From the NCBI GenBank assembly GCA_963775685.1, contig CAVZJV010000014.1:384001-448000 (forward strand): a DNA stretch of 64,000 nucleotides. The letters run 5' to 3'. Below the pieces are notes generated by a model. It saw only the letters and a program-made list of their open reading frames with translations, was not told the origin of the DNA and did not search any database. The translations under genes were made by a program, and so were the position numbers. This document shows, piece after piece, positions 53,531 to 63,852 of the stretch (its first letter is position 1; every line of letters begins with the position of its first letter). Source of the DNA: Candidatus Bathyarchaeota archaeon (GTDB taxonomy: Archaea > Thermoproteota > Bathyarchaeia > Bathyarchaeales > Bathycorpusculaceae).

Positions 53531-54781
53531 TCATAGAAGTGATTCGTAGATTTTTAGTGTCTCATCTGCTACCTTGCGCCATGTGAAGTATTCTATTACT
53601 CTTTTGCGTCCGTTTTCACCCCAATTTCTGGCTTTTTCGGGGTTTCGTAGAGTCTCTTTTATTCCCCATGCTATGTCGAGGGGGTCTTCGCCGTTTATGT
53701 GCACGCCGTTCTGATCGGGGCCGGAGCTTAATACTTGTTCTCTAAAACCTACTACACCTCGTGCGCCCACGACGACTGGTTTTTCCATTGCCATAGCCTC
53801 TAAGCTAACAATTCCAAAGGGTTCGTAAACTGATGGGAATACGCATATGTCGGAAGCGGCGTAATGGAGGATTCTCTCGGGTTCAGAAACAAAATCAAAG
53901 CGGCATGCAACGTTATTTTGAATGTTTAACCTGTACGCTGCTTCAGTTATTATTTGTTCGTCTCCTTTGCCTAGAATTACGAGTTTGGTGTTAGGATATT
54001 CCTTCAAGACAGATGGCATTGCTAAAACAAGGTTTCTAGCGCCTTTTACCCAAGATAATCTTCCCACGAATAGAAGCATGTTCCAATCTTTTGGAACACC
54101 GTACTTTTCGCGAATTGCTGCTATATCCTCGGGTTTGCATTTTGTCATGTCGTAACGGTCAGGGTCCACTCCGTTCCAAACTACGCTTACTTTTGATGAC
54201 GGCCAACCATGCTTAACTAGGTCTTGTTGCATGGCGTAGCTGACTGTGATTATCCTATCTGAGTTGTGAGCCATGGCATCTTCAAAATGCGAAACTACCT
54301 CTGATCCCTGGCCTTCACTTCTTCCCCATTCGGTACTGTGTGTATGGAAGACCACTGGGATTTTTGTTTCATTCTTTATCACCAGACCAGAAATACTACT
54401 TAGCCAATCGTGCACGCACACAACGTCAAAATGATACTTCTCCTTTTTGATCAAACCGTTGATGAAATTAGTTGCGCTGAGAATATTGTACATGAAAATG
54501 TCATTGAAGAATTTTATGTTAGTTCCCCATTTTTTTAAATCGTCAACCACGAAAAATGGAAAAACGTTGCTCGCATCGGCAATTAAGGGTCGATTAACTT
54601 CAACGCCTCTTAGAATTTCTGTGGTTTTCAAAGTTCCCCCAAAATTTAACGTGAAGACCGAAACGTCATTTCCCATTTCAACATATTCCTGCGTTACATT
54701 TTCAGCATACGTCCCTAAACCACCAACAATCGCTGGAGGATATTCATAAACAAAAAAGCCAATTCTCAAAATGTTCACCAA
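53531..54781 (-). CDS. GT4 glycosyltransferase (candidate glycogen/alpha-glucan synthase)
   Basis: EYPPAIVGGLG, HDW, HSTEWGR, FVGRL..KG, PSVYEPFGIVSLEAMA. Confidence 0.9.
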   Translation of the reverse strand: MVNILRIGFFVYEYPPAIVGGLGTYAENVTQEYVEMGNDVSVFTLNFGGTLKTTEILRGVEVNRPLIADASNVFPFFVVDDLKKWGTNIKFFNDIFMYNILSATNFINGLIKKEKYHFDVVCVHDWLSSISGLVIKNETKIPVVFHTHSTEWGRSEGQGSEVVSHFEDAMAHNSDRIITVSYAMQQDLVKHGWPSSKVSVVWNGVDPDRYDMTKCKPEDIAAIREKYGVPKDWNMLLFVGRLSWVKGARNLVLAMPSVLKEYPNTKLVILGKGDEQIITEAAYRLNIQNNVACRFDFVSEPERILHYAASDICVFPSVYEPFGIVSLEAMAMEKPVVVGARGVVGFREQVLSSGPDQNGVHINGEDPLDIAWGIKETLRNPEKARNWGENGRKRVIEYFTWRKVADETLKIYESLL

Positions 54782-54842
54782 ATTAGAGTTCTAAATTATT
54801 TTCGAATTGTATTTTATATGGTCAACTAATACTTAAGTTAAC

Positions 54843-55025
54843 CAAAAACATGAGTTGCCCAAGTTTCATGTACAACCTTTCTTAAAATATTTAAAAATAG
54901 GTACAAAAACATGAGTTGCCCAAGTTTCATGTACAACCTTTCTTAAAATATTTAAAAATAGGTACAAAAACATGAGTTGCCCAAGTTTCATGTACAACCT
55001 TTCTTAAAATATTTAAAAATAGGTA
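54843..55025 (+). repeat. exact 3 x 61-bp tandem repeat
   Basis: CAAAAACATGAGTTGCCCAAGTTTCATGTACAACCTTTCTTAAAATATTTAAAAATAGGTA at 54843, 54904, 54965. Confidence 0.95.
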
Positions 55026-55059
55026 ACTGCCTTCCTTCTCTGTTTTTGGAATATTATAG

Positions 55060-57090
55060 TTATTGGGATTCTGCTGTCGGGCAGAGGACAAAAGCGGAGC
55101 GAGCTGGCAGATAGAGGCTGATCATATTTTGATTTGTTCCTTCATTGTTGTTTATAATAGTGAAGTGTGCCTGCAACGGGTCCAGCCGGCCGTGTCCCCC
55201 GTACTTTGGAGCATCACAGTCTAGTATCATCCGGTATTTTCCAGGGGGAGCTTCAAAGCGATAATCAGTAAAGGATTGATGGGGATTAAAATTGAAGACA
55301 AAAATCATGTCAGCCCTCTTGAATGCTAATACTTTCTTTGTGGAATCTTCATGCAATAGTTGCGGGATTGATGTTTCAAATAGTTGTTGTGTCTTGGCCA
55401 GTCTGATCATGTCGCGGTCGAATCTGGATAGTAAATGATATTTCAGGCGGGTATCGTCCGCGAGATGCCATTGTCTAATAGCATGCTTGAAGGACCAGTT
55501 GTTTCCTTCGCGAGGAAAATCTATCCAATCTGGATGCCCGAATTCATTGCCCATAAAGTTTAGGTAACCTTTGCTGGCGGTGCTTAGGGTTATCAGGCGG
55601 ATCATCTTGTGCAATGCTATTCCTCGAGCGACCTTTGCATTGTCATCATCTATATCCATGTGGTGGTACATGTCTTCGCCGATTAGTCGGAAAATAAGTG
55701 TTTGGTCTCCTACCAAAGCTTGGTCGTGAGATTCGGCGTAACTAATCGTATTCTCACCTTTCCTGTAGTTGTTAAGTTCAAACCAAAGCTGACTGATAGG
55801 CCAGTCTTCATCTTTGTAATCCTTTATCAGACGAATCCAGTAGTCAGGCACTCCCATTGCAAAGCGATAGTCAAAACCGAACCCTCCCTCTGATTGTGAA
55901 ACGGCTAATCCGGGCATGCCGCTGACATCTTCGGCTATAGTGATGGCATCGGGCCGAATATCATGAATCACTCGATTGGTCAGAGCCAAATAAGAAAGAG
56001 CATCTTCATCCACGCTGCCATCAAAATAATCGTAATATGAGGTGAATTCTCTCTTAAGACCGTGTCCCAGGTAAAGCATGCTTGTAACACCGTCGAATCG
56101 AAAACCGTCAAAGTGGAATTCGTCTAACCAGTATCGGCAATTGGAAAGTAGAAAATGCAGAACCTGAGGTTTGCCGTAATCAAAGACACGTGAATCCCAT
56201 GCCTTGTGGATTCCTCGCAGGCCTTCATGAAAATACTGAAATAAAGTCCCATCGAAGCGACTTAATCCCTCCACCTCGTTGGACACGGAGTGAGAGTGGA
56301 TTAGATCCATGAGAACGGTTAGCCCTTGAGCATGGGCTGTGTCGATCAAAAGTTTCAAATCTTCGGGAGTTCCGTATCGTGATGAAGAGGCAAAAAAGTT
56401 TGATACTTGATATCCAAATGATCCATAGTACGGATGCTCTTGAATCGCCATTAACTGTAACGTGTTGTAACCGGCATCGGCGATTCGCGGAAGTATCCTG
56501 AGCGTAAATTCGAAGAATGACCCGATTTTTTCTTCGTCTTGGGCCATACCGACATGGGCTTCATAGATTAATGGAGCTTCTTTAGGTCGTTTGAAATTGG
56601 TTTTCCAACGATAAGATTCGGTTGGCAACCAAACCTGGGCGTTGAATATCTGAGTTTTTGGATCTTGAACCACCCGTCGTGTGTAAGCCGGAATGCGATC
56701 GCCTTCGCCCCCTTCCCAATAATTACGCAGTCGATACAGGTCGCCATGCTTCAGTTTGTTGGCGGATAGGTGAATTTCCCAGATACCATAGTCGTTGATC
56801 TTTTCCAACTCAAATTCTCTGCTTACTTGCCATTTACTCATTTCTCCTATGAGGTAGATTCTAGTTGCGTTTGGAGCCCATTCACGAAATACCCATTCTC
56901 CTCGTTGGAAATGCAGACCGAAGTATTCATGGCCAGACGCAAACTCAGCCAGACTTTTTTTACCCTGTGTAAGATTATGCTCTGTTTCTTCGATATGCTC
57001 CAATCGGTGTCGAATCTGATCAGAAAACGGTGTAAGGTACGAATCGGTTCTCAGCAGGCGGATTAATCGGTTTTCAAGACAGCTCATCAA
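55060..57090 (-). CDS. glgB: 1,4-alpha-glucan branching enzyme, GH13 (GH13_8-like)
   Basis: FREWAPNA, IYEAHVGM, QLMAIQEHPYYGSFGYQV, DGFRFDGVTSM, AEDVSG, YAESHDQALVGD, YLNFMGNEFGHP. Confidence 0.92.
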   Translation of the reverse strand: MMSCLENRLIRLLRTDSYLTPFSDQIRHRLEHIEETEHNLTQGKKSLAEFASGHEYFGLHFQRGEWVFREWAPNATRIYLIGEMSKWQVSREFELEKINDYGIWEIHLSANKLKHGDLYRLRNYWEGGEGDRIPAYTRRVVQDPKTQIFNAQVWLPTESYRWKTNFKRPKEAPLIYEAHVGMAQDEEKIGSFFEFTLRILPRIADAGYNTLQLMAIQEHPYYGSFGYQVSNFFASSSRYGTPEDLKLLIDTAHAQGLTVLMDLIHSHSVSNEVEGLSRFDGTLFQYFHEGLRGIHKAWDSRVFDYGKPQVLHFLLSNCRYWLDEFHFDGFRFDGVTSMLYLGHGLKREFTSYYDYFDGSVDEDALSYLALTNRVIHDIRPDAITIAEDVSGMPGLAVSQSEGGFGFDYRFAMGVPDYWIRLIKDYKDEDWPISQLWFELNNYRKGENTISYAESHDQALVGDQTLIFRLIGEDMYHHMDIDDDNAKVARGIALHKMIRLITLSTASKGYLNFMGNEFGHPDWIDFPREGNNWSFKHAIRQWHLADDTRLKYHLLSRFDRDMIRLAKTQQLFETSIPQLLHEDSTKKVLAFKRADMIFVFNFNPHQSFTDYRFEAPPGKYRMILDCDAPKYGGHGRLDPLQAHFTIINNNEGTNQNMISLYLPARSAFVLCPTAESQ

Positions 57091-57641
57091 AATACCTTAT
57101 TTCTGCTTTAACTTATAACTGATCTAATTCTTTAAATCGTTCGGAATCTATTAAACCTCGTTTACTAAATTTGGTTCCGTCTATCTTAATTGTTTTGGAA
57201 CAATTTTCTCCTTGAATTCGAACCTGAGCATTCAGGACCTCTACTGGGCTCAGTCCCCAACAGGTATGGCTCTTATTAACTAAAGCTATTTGATAAAAAC
57301 AAATATAGCAATTTAGTCAATTAGTCACAATTATTAAATGTGTAATGGGAGTTTTTCTCGAATTTACAGCAAAATAACTAGGAAAATGGGCTTTACCGGA
57401 CTTAACCCCAAACCAGACTTGCAAAAACTCAAATTAGGTTTTGAAAATTGCGACTTATATGTTAAAATCTATCTTAAAACTCTATTATATCACATTAAAA
57501 AGCAAATTTAGAATAAATCATTCGAAAATGATTTTACCAAAGTCATTTTGGCACAAGAATAAGTGGCTTGAGCTTATCCCAACCGAAAGAAAAAAAGAAT
57601 TTAACTCATTGTTTTCCGTTAGTCGTCGAAAAGATGGGGGT

Positions 57642-58067
57642 TTACCCGAAGTTTATGTTTTTTTTGGGCCCCATCATGTTAGCTCTGCTCCAATGGTGAG
57701 CCTGGCATTCTGCTACCTTCATGATGAGAAAACCGGGGCTTTCAGCAGTTATTCCCATTTGTTTGAGGAAGGGCCGCGCTTCTATCACTTTGCGCTTCAT
57801 TTCCATATCTTGCACAAACTCCACCTTGCCCGTAACCCGCACCATGTCTCCGATTTTGCTTTTGGGGTCGAGGAAGCAGACTTCCACTTTAGGGTTGATT
57901 TTAAGCTGCTTGTAGACATCTTTGCTGGCGTCGATGCTGTAGTAGAGGCCTGTTTTGTCGGCGGAGAAAAGCTGCAACGCACGCACTTTCGGCTGGTCGC
58001 CGTCTAAGGTGGAAAAGAAGCTGATTGGGTTGTCGGTTACAAATTTAAGAATTTCGTTCAATTCCAT
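57642..58067 (-). CDS. pyridoxamine 5'-phosphate oxidase family protein
   Basis: STLDGDQPKVR..K.VYKQL..NPKVEVCF..VRVTG. Confidence 0.85.
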   Translation of the reverse strand: MELNEILKFVTDNPISFFSTLDGDQPKVRALQLFSADKTGLYYSIDASKDVYKQLKINPKVEVCFLDPKSKIGDMVRVTGKVEFVQDMEMKRKVIEARPFLKQMGITAESPGFLIMKVAECQAHHWSRANMMGPKKNINFG

Positions 58068-58269
58068 AATAGTCGCCAATGCAGTAGTAGTAACGGTGAT
58101 TATAGGCTTTTCCTCAGCAGACGAGATTACAGTCTGGCAGTTTAGGAAACGCTGCCGAACTTCACTCCGGTGCGGTTGGGTAGAATTTGAAATAAACTGA
58201 ATGGGTTTTAGGGTTATTCCAGAAGTTTGAATAGTTCCTATTGAATAAACGGCTTTAGGGATATTTACC

Positions 58270-58600
58270 ATGAAGGTTAAGTATATCAATTCTGATGAGC
58301 TCCATAAACATAGAGGATTCACCCAAGTCATAAGCGTCAGCTGACCGCACAAAACAATCTACGTTGGCAGGCACGACCCCGTAAGCGAGACGGCGAAACC
58401 GTTGGAAAGAGCAACTTAAAACAGCAAACCAGCAGGTTTAACGAACATAAAAAAAAAGCCCTTTAAGATGCTGGCGCAAAGCTTGAAAACGTGGTTAAAT
58501 GGAACGTTTACATTATTAAAGGACAGAATCTGCGGGAACGCTTTTCTGCTTTTGCTGAGAAATGGGGATTATGCCTATTCTTCAGAAGCGATATGTAGAA
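58270..58600 (+). pseudogene. RidA/YjgF family remnant
   Basis: MKVKYIN..HRGFTQVI..*PHKTIYVG..AGAKLENVVKWNVYI with stops and frameshifts. Confidence 0.65.
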
Positions 58601-58617
58601 TTACGCCGTCGATGCGT

Positions 58618-58805
58618 TCATTTTTTTTCTGGCAAGATTGGGGCACCCGGTAGGTGAACTGCTTTTTACTGATTTCTGCACTGCAGGATCCAGCGTGGGC
58701 TCTGCAATAATCTTCGCAATCCTCCGCTATGTTTTTTTCTGAGTATCCAAAACCGCAAATATCACATAGAAAAACCGTTTTGTTTCTGATCTTTTTTGTA
58801 ACCAA
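58618..58805 (-). CDS. small Cys-rich zinc-binding protein (3' frameshift)
   Basis: FLCDICGFGY..AEDCEDYC..SCS.EI. Confidence 0.6.
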
Positions 58806-58972
58806 CAGAAACGCTTCCGGAAGAATTACTAATTTTCTGGCATTTAAGAACAAATTCAACAAGTTAGCTGAAAAATTCGATCTAACTATTTAGAAGAGCA
58901 GGAGGTAAGTCTTGAACATTCTAATAAAGTATTACATCATACTCTTTTTTGCCACTATATCAAAGAGAAGAG

Positions 58973-59046
58973 TGGGCCGTACCGGATTTGAACCGGTGAT
59001 CTTCGCCGCGTGAGGGCGACGTCCTAGCCAGCTAGACTAACGGCCC
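58973..59046 (-). tRNA. tRNA-Val(CAC)
   Basis: GGGCCGT...TCGCC-CTCACGC-GGCGA...GGTTCAAATCC..ACGGCCCA. Confidence 0.95.
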
Positions 59047-59321
59047 GCTGTTTCGGATTGTGAATACATAGGTTTCTTTCATAAAACCTTTACCTATCAA
59101 ATGCACATCAACAAGTCAAGGTAACCTCAAAATGAATGAAACCAGCCGCTATGAAGAACACAAACACGACGGTTTTCTAATTTTCGCCTGTTTCTTAGGC
59201 AGCGCACTAGCCGGCTACATATTAATGAACCACTATGCTTTGTTTGGAATCTAAGCAAAAAAAACATCAGAAACCTTTAAAATACCTATCTTCACTTTTG
59301 ATTTGATATCCCAGGTTATTT

Positions 59322-59398
59322 GCCGAGGTAGCTCAGCCTGGGAGAGCGCTCGGCTGAAGACCGAGTCGTCGCAGGTTCAAACCCTGCCCTCGGCACCA
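59322..59398 (+). tRNA. tRNA-Phe(GAA)
   Basis: GCCGAGG...CTCGG-CTGAAGA-CCGAG...GGTTCAAACCC..CCTCGGCACCA (CCA encoded). Confidence 0.96.
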
Positions 59399-59619
59399 CT
59401 AACTAACACGGAATTAAGCTCATTTTGAGCAAGTTTTAGTCAAATGGGTTGCGTAAATGTTGCTTTTTCTTTGCTTCTTTTCTAATGCATTAGACAAAGA
59501 TATTGCAGATTAGATTTGACCCATTACAGGTATAAAACGCAAGACAAGCAAATAAAAAATCGTTAAAGCGAAAGCTAAAAAAATGTTTTTAGACATAAAA
59601 CCTTGAAGGCTGTAACTAT

Positions 59620-60213
59620 ATGAGAAAAATAATCGTTTTATCAATGATTACATTAGATGGAGTAATGCAAGCACCCGGTGGACCTGAAGAAGATACATCG
59701 GGCGATTTCAAATATGGCGGTTGGGTTGCACCTTATTTTGACGAGGTTTATGGTAAGGTCATGGAAAAACAGATGAAACCTGCAGACCTTCTTTTGGGCA
59801 GAAAAACATTTGAGATTTTTGCCAACTACTGGCCAAAGCATGAAAATGTATGGCCAGGTATCAATGATGTCACAAAATATGTCATGTCCAAAACCATGGA
59901 AAAGTCAGATTGGAAAAACTCAGTTTTCCTCAAAAGCTTGGCAGATATCGAAAAGCTCAAAAATTCAGAAGGTTCCGACATTCAAGTTCACGGCAGTGGT
60001 AAGCTCATTCAGCTATTACTGGGGAATGATTTAGTGGACGAGCTCTGGCTTAAAATTTACCCATTGACTCTTGGTCAAGGAAAAAAATTGTTTGACAATG
60101 GCACGATTCCGGCAGCATTTACATTAATAGAGAGTTCTGTTACACCAAGTGGAGTGATTATCGCCAATTACAAACGAGATGGAAAAGTCAAGACAGGTAC
60201 TCTTGGAGCTTAA
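59620..60213 (+). CDS. dihydrofolate reductase/RibD C-terminal family protein
   Basis: TLDGVMQAPGG, LLLGRKTFE, GSG.L, LVDEL..P..LG.GK. Confidence 0.9.
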   Translation: MRKIIVLSMITLDGVMQAPGGPEEDTSGDFKYGGWVAPYFDEVYGKVMEKQMKPADLLLGRKTFEIFANYWPKHENVWPGINDVTKYVMSKTMEKSDWKNSVFLKSLADIEKLKNSEGSDIQVHGSGKLIQLLLGNDLVDELWLKIYPLTLGQGKKLFDNGTIPAAFTLIESSVTPSGVIIANYKRDGKVKTGTLGA

Positions 60214-60373
60214 GACGGCTAACCTGTTAATAATTCCCTGGATAAGCGGAATCTTACAAGATGCGTTAGTCCATAATTATTGGTATCATTGATAGCAGAT
60301 GTTTGCAATGTCATTGACCTAACCAATCGATTATTCAGTGAACAAAGAAATAGCTTTTTGAACTATTGCTTAT

Positions 60374-61267
60374 CTAAACGATGGCTTTTTTTCCTCCTCG
60401 AGTAGTGAGCCTCCAAACAAAAAATGCTTCAACACATAAAACCATGCTTGCAACAAGGACAAAAACCGGATTTAATGGAAAAACATACCCCGAGATCCCG
60501 TTAACTGAAAGAGCAGCAGAAAAAATTAATAAGAAACCACCCACTGCAAGTAAAGTATAATAGACCTTTCTTTTTTTGTTCTTCTTAAACCAGCCTCCAA
60601 TAAAAAACAGCACAATAGCGGATAAAAAGCTAAGAGGAGGAATAATTTGCGTTGAAAATAAGAGGTTTTTTCCAGCCATAGCAAAAGTGGGGTTTATCAA
60701 AGCATAAAGAGCAAACAGCGAAAAAGATGCCAATGCAAGCCACCTGTCCAGCAGTTGCCCGTTCGCTGCAGGCCCATAGGTCCTACGCCAAGGAACAGCA
60801 CGCGTTTCCTTCAAATCAGGGTCAGAAAGCTTTGTAGCCTCAGCAGAATCTTCATTGATAAAACAAACCCTATCAGAAGGTTGCAGATCCATTAATTCCA
60901 ATTTGCATCCACCATCCTTCGACCTTGCCGACAACGAAAAACGTCCTCGCTTCACCAATCTAGAAAAAGGAAAAAGCCATTCAACACCCCTGTCTTTTTC
61001 AGTTGTGAAAGAATCTAGGAAACTGTGCAAGAACGCTCCTAATGCGAGCCAAATATTCACAAAGAACAGGCCAGATAAAAAAAGGAGATTATGGAATAGG
61101 GCACGATGAAATTGTTCTTTTCGAAAAGTTTGTCGGCTAACAAATATATATTCACGGTCGAGGTCAGGAATAAAGCTGCCGATTCCAGCCAAAAGGGCAA
61201 AGTAAGGGTTACCAGTAAAGATAGCTGTAACTACTCCAGCAAGAAAGATGTGACTCGCAAGATTCAA
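60374..61267 (-). CDS. membrane metal-dependent hydrolase (YdjM-like)
   Basis: SH..PDLD..HRALFH..H..LD..T..G. Confidence 0.75.
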   Translation of the reverse strand: MNLASHIFLAGVVTAIFTGNPYFALLAGIGSFIPDLDREYIFVSRQTFRKEQFHRALFHNLLFLSGLFFVNIWLALGAFLHSFLDSFTTEKDRGVEWLFPFSRLVKRGRFSLSARSKDGGCKLELMDLQPSDRVCFINEDSAEATKLSDPDLKETRAVPWRRTYGPAANGQLLDRWLALASFSLFALYALINPTFAMAGKNLLFSTQIIPPLSFLSAIVLFFIGGWFKKNKKRKVYYTLLAVGGFLLIFSAALSVNGISGYVFPLNPVFVLVASMVLCVEAFFVWRLTTRGGKKAIV

Positions 61268-61355
61268 AAAACAGACCGGTTAAAAAGTAATAACTGCTAA
61301 AATAAAAAGGTTAACAAACTTTCAAATGGAATTATGCGATGCTCTTCTTAAGAGC

Positions 61356-61847
61356 TTATCTTCTGGTTGAATTTGGGTCTTTCAAAAAATTTTGGAGAAA
61401 TTCTTGAATGTTTTCATGTAACTTGAGAATAGGTTTTTGCATTTCTCCTTTGGTTTTAAGGTTTGGTTGGAAAAATCCATGTTCTGTCAAGTAAAACATC
61501 ACACTTGAGAAATTTTCAGCCAGCGCACAATTAACCCTCTTTTTGCCCATTTCTAAATATGCATAATATCTATGGTGACCATCCAAAACTGCGTAAACAT
61601 CGAATCTTGGATGTTTAATCACGATTAAAGGCGCAATTTTTTCGCCCTTCTTGATTTTCTGTTTGTAGAACTCAATGGCTTCTGAAGAAACTTTTGTGTC
61701 GGCAATAATTTTGTCTATAGACAACCGTATCAAGTATTTTTCAGGATTAGAAAATACGTCTACATTAAATTCCCGTTCGTTTCGCATAATCAAACGCCTA
61801 ACTTTCAAAATTGATGGATCCAAAATGTCTCTAATTTGACTTAACAA
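61356..61847 (-). CDS. stand-alone ParB/Srx N-terminal domain protein
   Basis: PLIV..YAVLDGHHRYYAY. Confidence 0.8.
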   Translation of the reverse strand: MLSQIRDILDPSILKVRRLIMRNEREFNVDVFSNPEKYLIRLSIDKIIADTKVSSEAIEFYKQKIKKGEKIAPLIVIKHPRFDVYAVLDGHHRYYAYLEMGKKRVNCALAENFSSVMFYLTEHGFFQPNLKTKGEMQKPILKLHENIQEFLQNFLKDPNSTRR

Positions 61848-61925
61848 TAAATAACAACACCTTCCGGGAGGATAGAAAAGGAAAAGGAGATTATTGTCGC
61901 TATGCCATCGATTCTATTGAAACTG

Positions 61926-62153
61926 TTATTGATTGTGGACATTTATTGTTCCTTTGGGTTTTGACGATTGGTAAGAATACCATCCATATGCTAACATGAA
62001 AAGTGCTGCAATTATAATAATTATCCCTATTGGAATATCGTAGCTTGTCGGAATGAACATAATTAGGCCTGAAATCACTCCAACCCCGACAAATGATACC
62101 ACAACAGCTAATATACCGAGCAATATGCCACCAATGAAACTGCCAAAGCCCAT
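61926..62153 (-). CDS. small 2-TM membrane protein
   Basis: Two hydrophobic helices. Confidence 0.6.
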   Translation of the reverse strand: MGFGSFIGGILLGILAVVVSFVGVGVISGLIMFIPTSYDIPIGIIIIIAALFMLAYGWYSYQSSKPKGTINVHNQ

Positions 62154-62253
62154 ATTTTTCCACTTTAAGTCTAAATTCCAGTTTTAATTGTTTAACAAAA
62201 CACTAACAAAAAATAGTCTAAATAAAAAAAGAAATTATTGATGCGAACACTTT

Positions 62254-62565
62254 CTAAGCTTTCTTAGATAGCGCAACTATCAGTCCCAATATTCCGCCGA
62301 GAAGCACTAATAATCCGCCCAATCCACCGCCGATAAGTCCAACAATAATCAAAACAATAGCCCAAACAAGAGTCCCTGCGCTTCTAGCACCAACGATCGC
62401 AATCACTCCCATAATTAAGGTCATGATTCCACCATAAGCAAAGCCCCAGTGAAGATAATAAGCTCCAAAAGACCCAAAAAAACCTAATAATCCAAAAAGA
62501 ACCATCAGAATACCGCCTATAAGAGCTAAATAGTAAGCTACCGTTGAAACAGAAGTTCCAGACAT
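62254..62565 (-). CDS. Gly-rich membrane protein
   Basis: GGAGGTG RBS; 3-4 hydrophobic helices. Confidence 0.7.
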   Translation of the reverse strand: MSGTSVSTVAYYLALIGGILMVLFGLLGFFGSFGAYYLHWGFAYGGIMTLIMGVIAIVGARSAGTLVWAIVLIIVGLIGGGLGGLLVLLGGILGLIVALSKKA

Positions 62566-62598
62566 TATTAATTCACCTCCGCATGAAAACGCATTTTT

Positions 62599-63003
62599 TC
62601 ACCAAAAGCCGCCTTTTGAGATGACTGAAGCTGTGGCATCCAATAACCCGACACCTATTGTTCCGAAAGTAAAATTGTAGTTTCCGCTTGGAAGCGAAAT
62701 CCAGCCGCTGATGTAGCTTTGTTGCTCGCCTTGCACCGCTGCATGTTCCCAAATGATTTGGTCACCGTTTAAGATTTGAGCCCGCCACAGAGCAGCGCCG
62801 GTCTGTACGGTTACTTGAATCTGAGCCTTGTCGTCTAAGAATGGTTGATCAAATGCTATTGTCTTCTTGTCGGCACCAACTGTAAAGGAGACTTGCGTAT
62901 TCGCAGTTGATCTGGGATAGGTTACTCCGGTATATATGGCGAAGGCTGCAACCACTATTATTACAATTGCGATTATAGCTATTATTGCTCTTGATTTTCC
63001 CAC
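62599..63003 (-). CDS. membrane-anchored hypothetical protein
   Basis: N-terminal TM then beta-rich domain. Confidence 0.65.
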   Translation of the reverse strand: MGKSRAIIAIIAIVIIVVAAFAIYTGVTYPRSTANTQVSFTVGADKKTIAFDQPFLDDKAQIQVTVQTGAALWRAQILNGDQIIWEHAAVQGEQQSYISGWISLPSGNYNFTFGTIGVGLLDATASVISKGGFW

Positions 63004-63343
63004 TTACAAAGTCTCCATCCTATGTTTTCATCGACAAGCGCTTCTCGTTACATTGACAATAAATTAGCCCTCATATAACGGATTGTTACTGTCGCACACC
63101 AATCACATACCCTAATGAATTCAAAGTCCTTCCTCTTTTCTGGTGATTTAAATGCCTGTTCCTAAACCTAAATCGAATGAGTCTGAAAGAGACTATATTT
63201 CTAGGTGCGAAAAGTTCATGCACGAGGAAAACAGCGGCAAACCTGAGGGCGAAAAACGTTCGAATGAACAAATTTCAGCAATTTGTTATTCGACTTGGCG
63301 CAAAGATACTTAGATGCAAATCACTGTGTGGGAACATATTTGT

Positions 63344-63852
63344 ATGATCAATAAAACTAAAATGATTTTTGAACCTGGAAAGCAGGAAATTCTTATCGTC
63401 AGAGAACTTGAGGCTCCCCGAGAACTTGTTTTCGAGACATTTACCGATCCAAAGCTTTATTCGCAATGGCTAGGTCCCAGACGATTTACAACGATTTTTG
63501 AAAAGCTCGAACCAAGAAATGGTGGAAGTTACCGATTTATCAATGAAGATGAAAAAGGCAACAAATTCGCTTTTCATGGTGTATATCATGAAGTGCTTGA
63601 GCCTGAACGAATTATCGGTACATTTGAATTTGAGGGTTTACCAGAAAAAGGACATGTGAGCTTAGAGATAACAAAGTTTGAGGAGCTTCCCGGTGGAAGA
63701 ACTAAGTTGACTACTCAGGATGTTTTCATGTCGGTTAACGATCGGGATGGAATGGTGCAAAGTGGCAAAGTGGCATAGAGGAGGGCGTAAATGATTCTTA
63801 TGATAGACTTGAAGAACTCTTGGCAGAGCTGAAGCAAAAACCGTTGGAGTAG
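63344..63852 (+). CDS. SRPBCC/AHSA1-like protein (8-bp duplication CAAAGTGG near 63760 shifts the C-terminus)
   Basis: [30 protein letters not shown] + [11 protein letters not shown]. Confidence 0.85.

Noticed and set aside
54843-55025. CRISPR array
   Set aside because: Units are head-to-tail identical with no unique spacers, and no cas genes are present
57441-58352. Long ORFs 57441..58007(+) and the extension to 58352(-)
   Set aside because: Antisense or spurious extension of the PNPOx-family gene starting at 58067
60217-60271. Integron attC site after the DHFR-like gene (GGCTAAC...GTTAGTC)
   Set aside because: Inner L boxes do not pair in the canonical register, R' deviates from GTTRRRY, and no second site or integrase was seen
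63170-63267. Extra motif C copies (AATCGAATGAGTC; CGAAAAACGTTCGAATG)
   Set aside because: Only the short TCGAATG core matches; no B or A motif at the expected spacing
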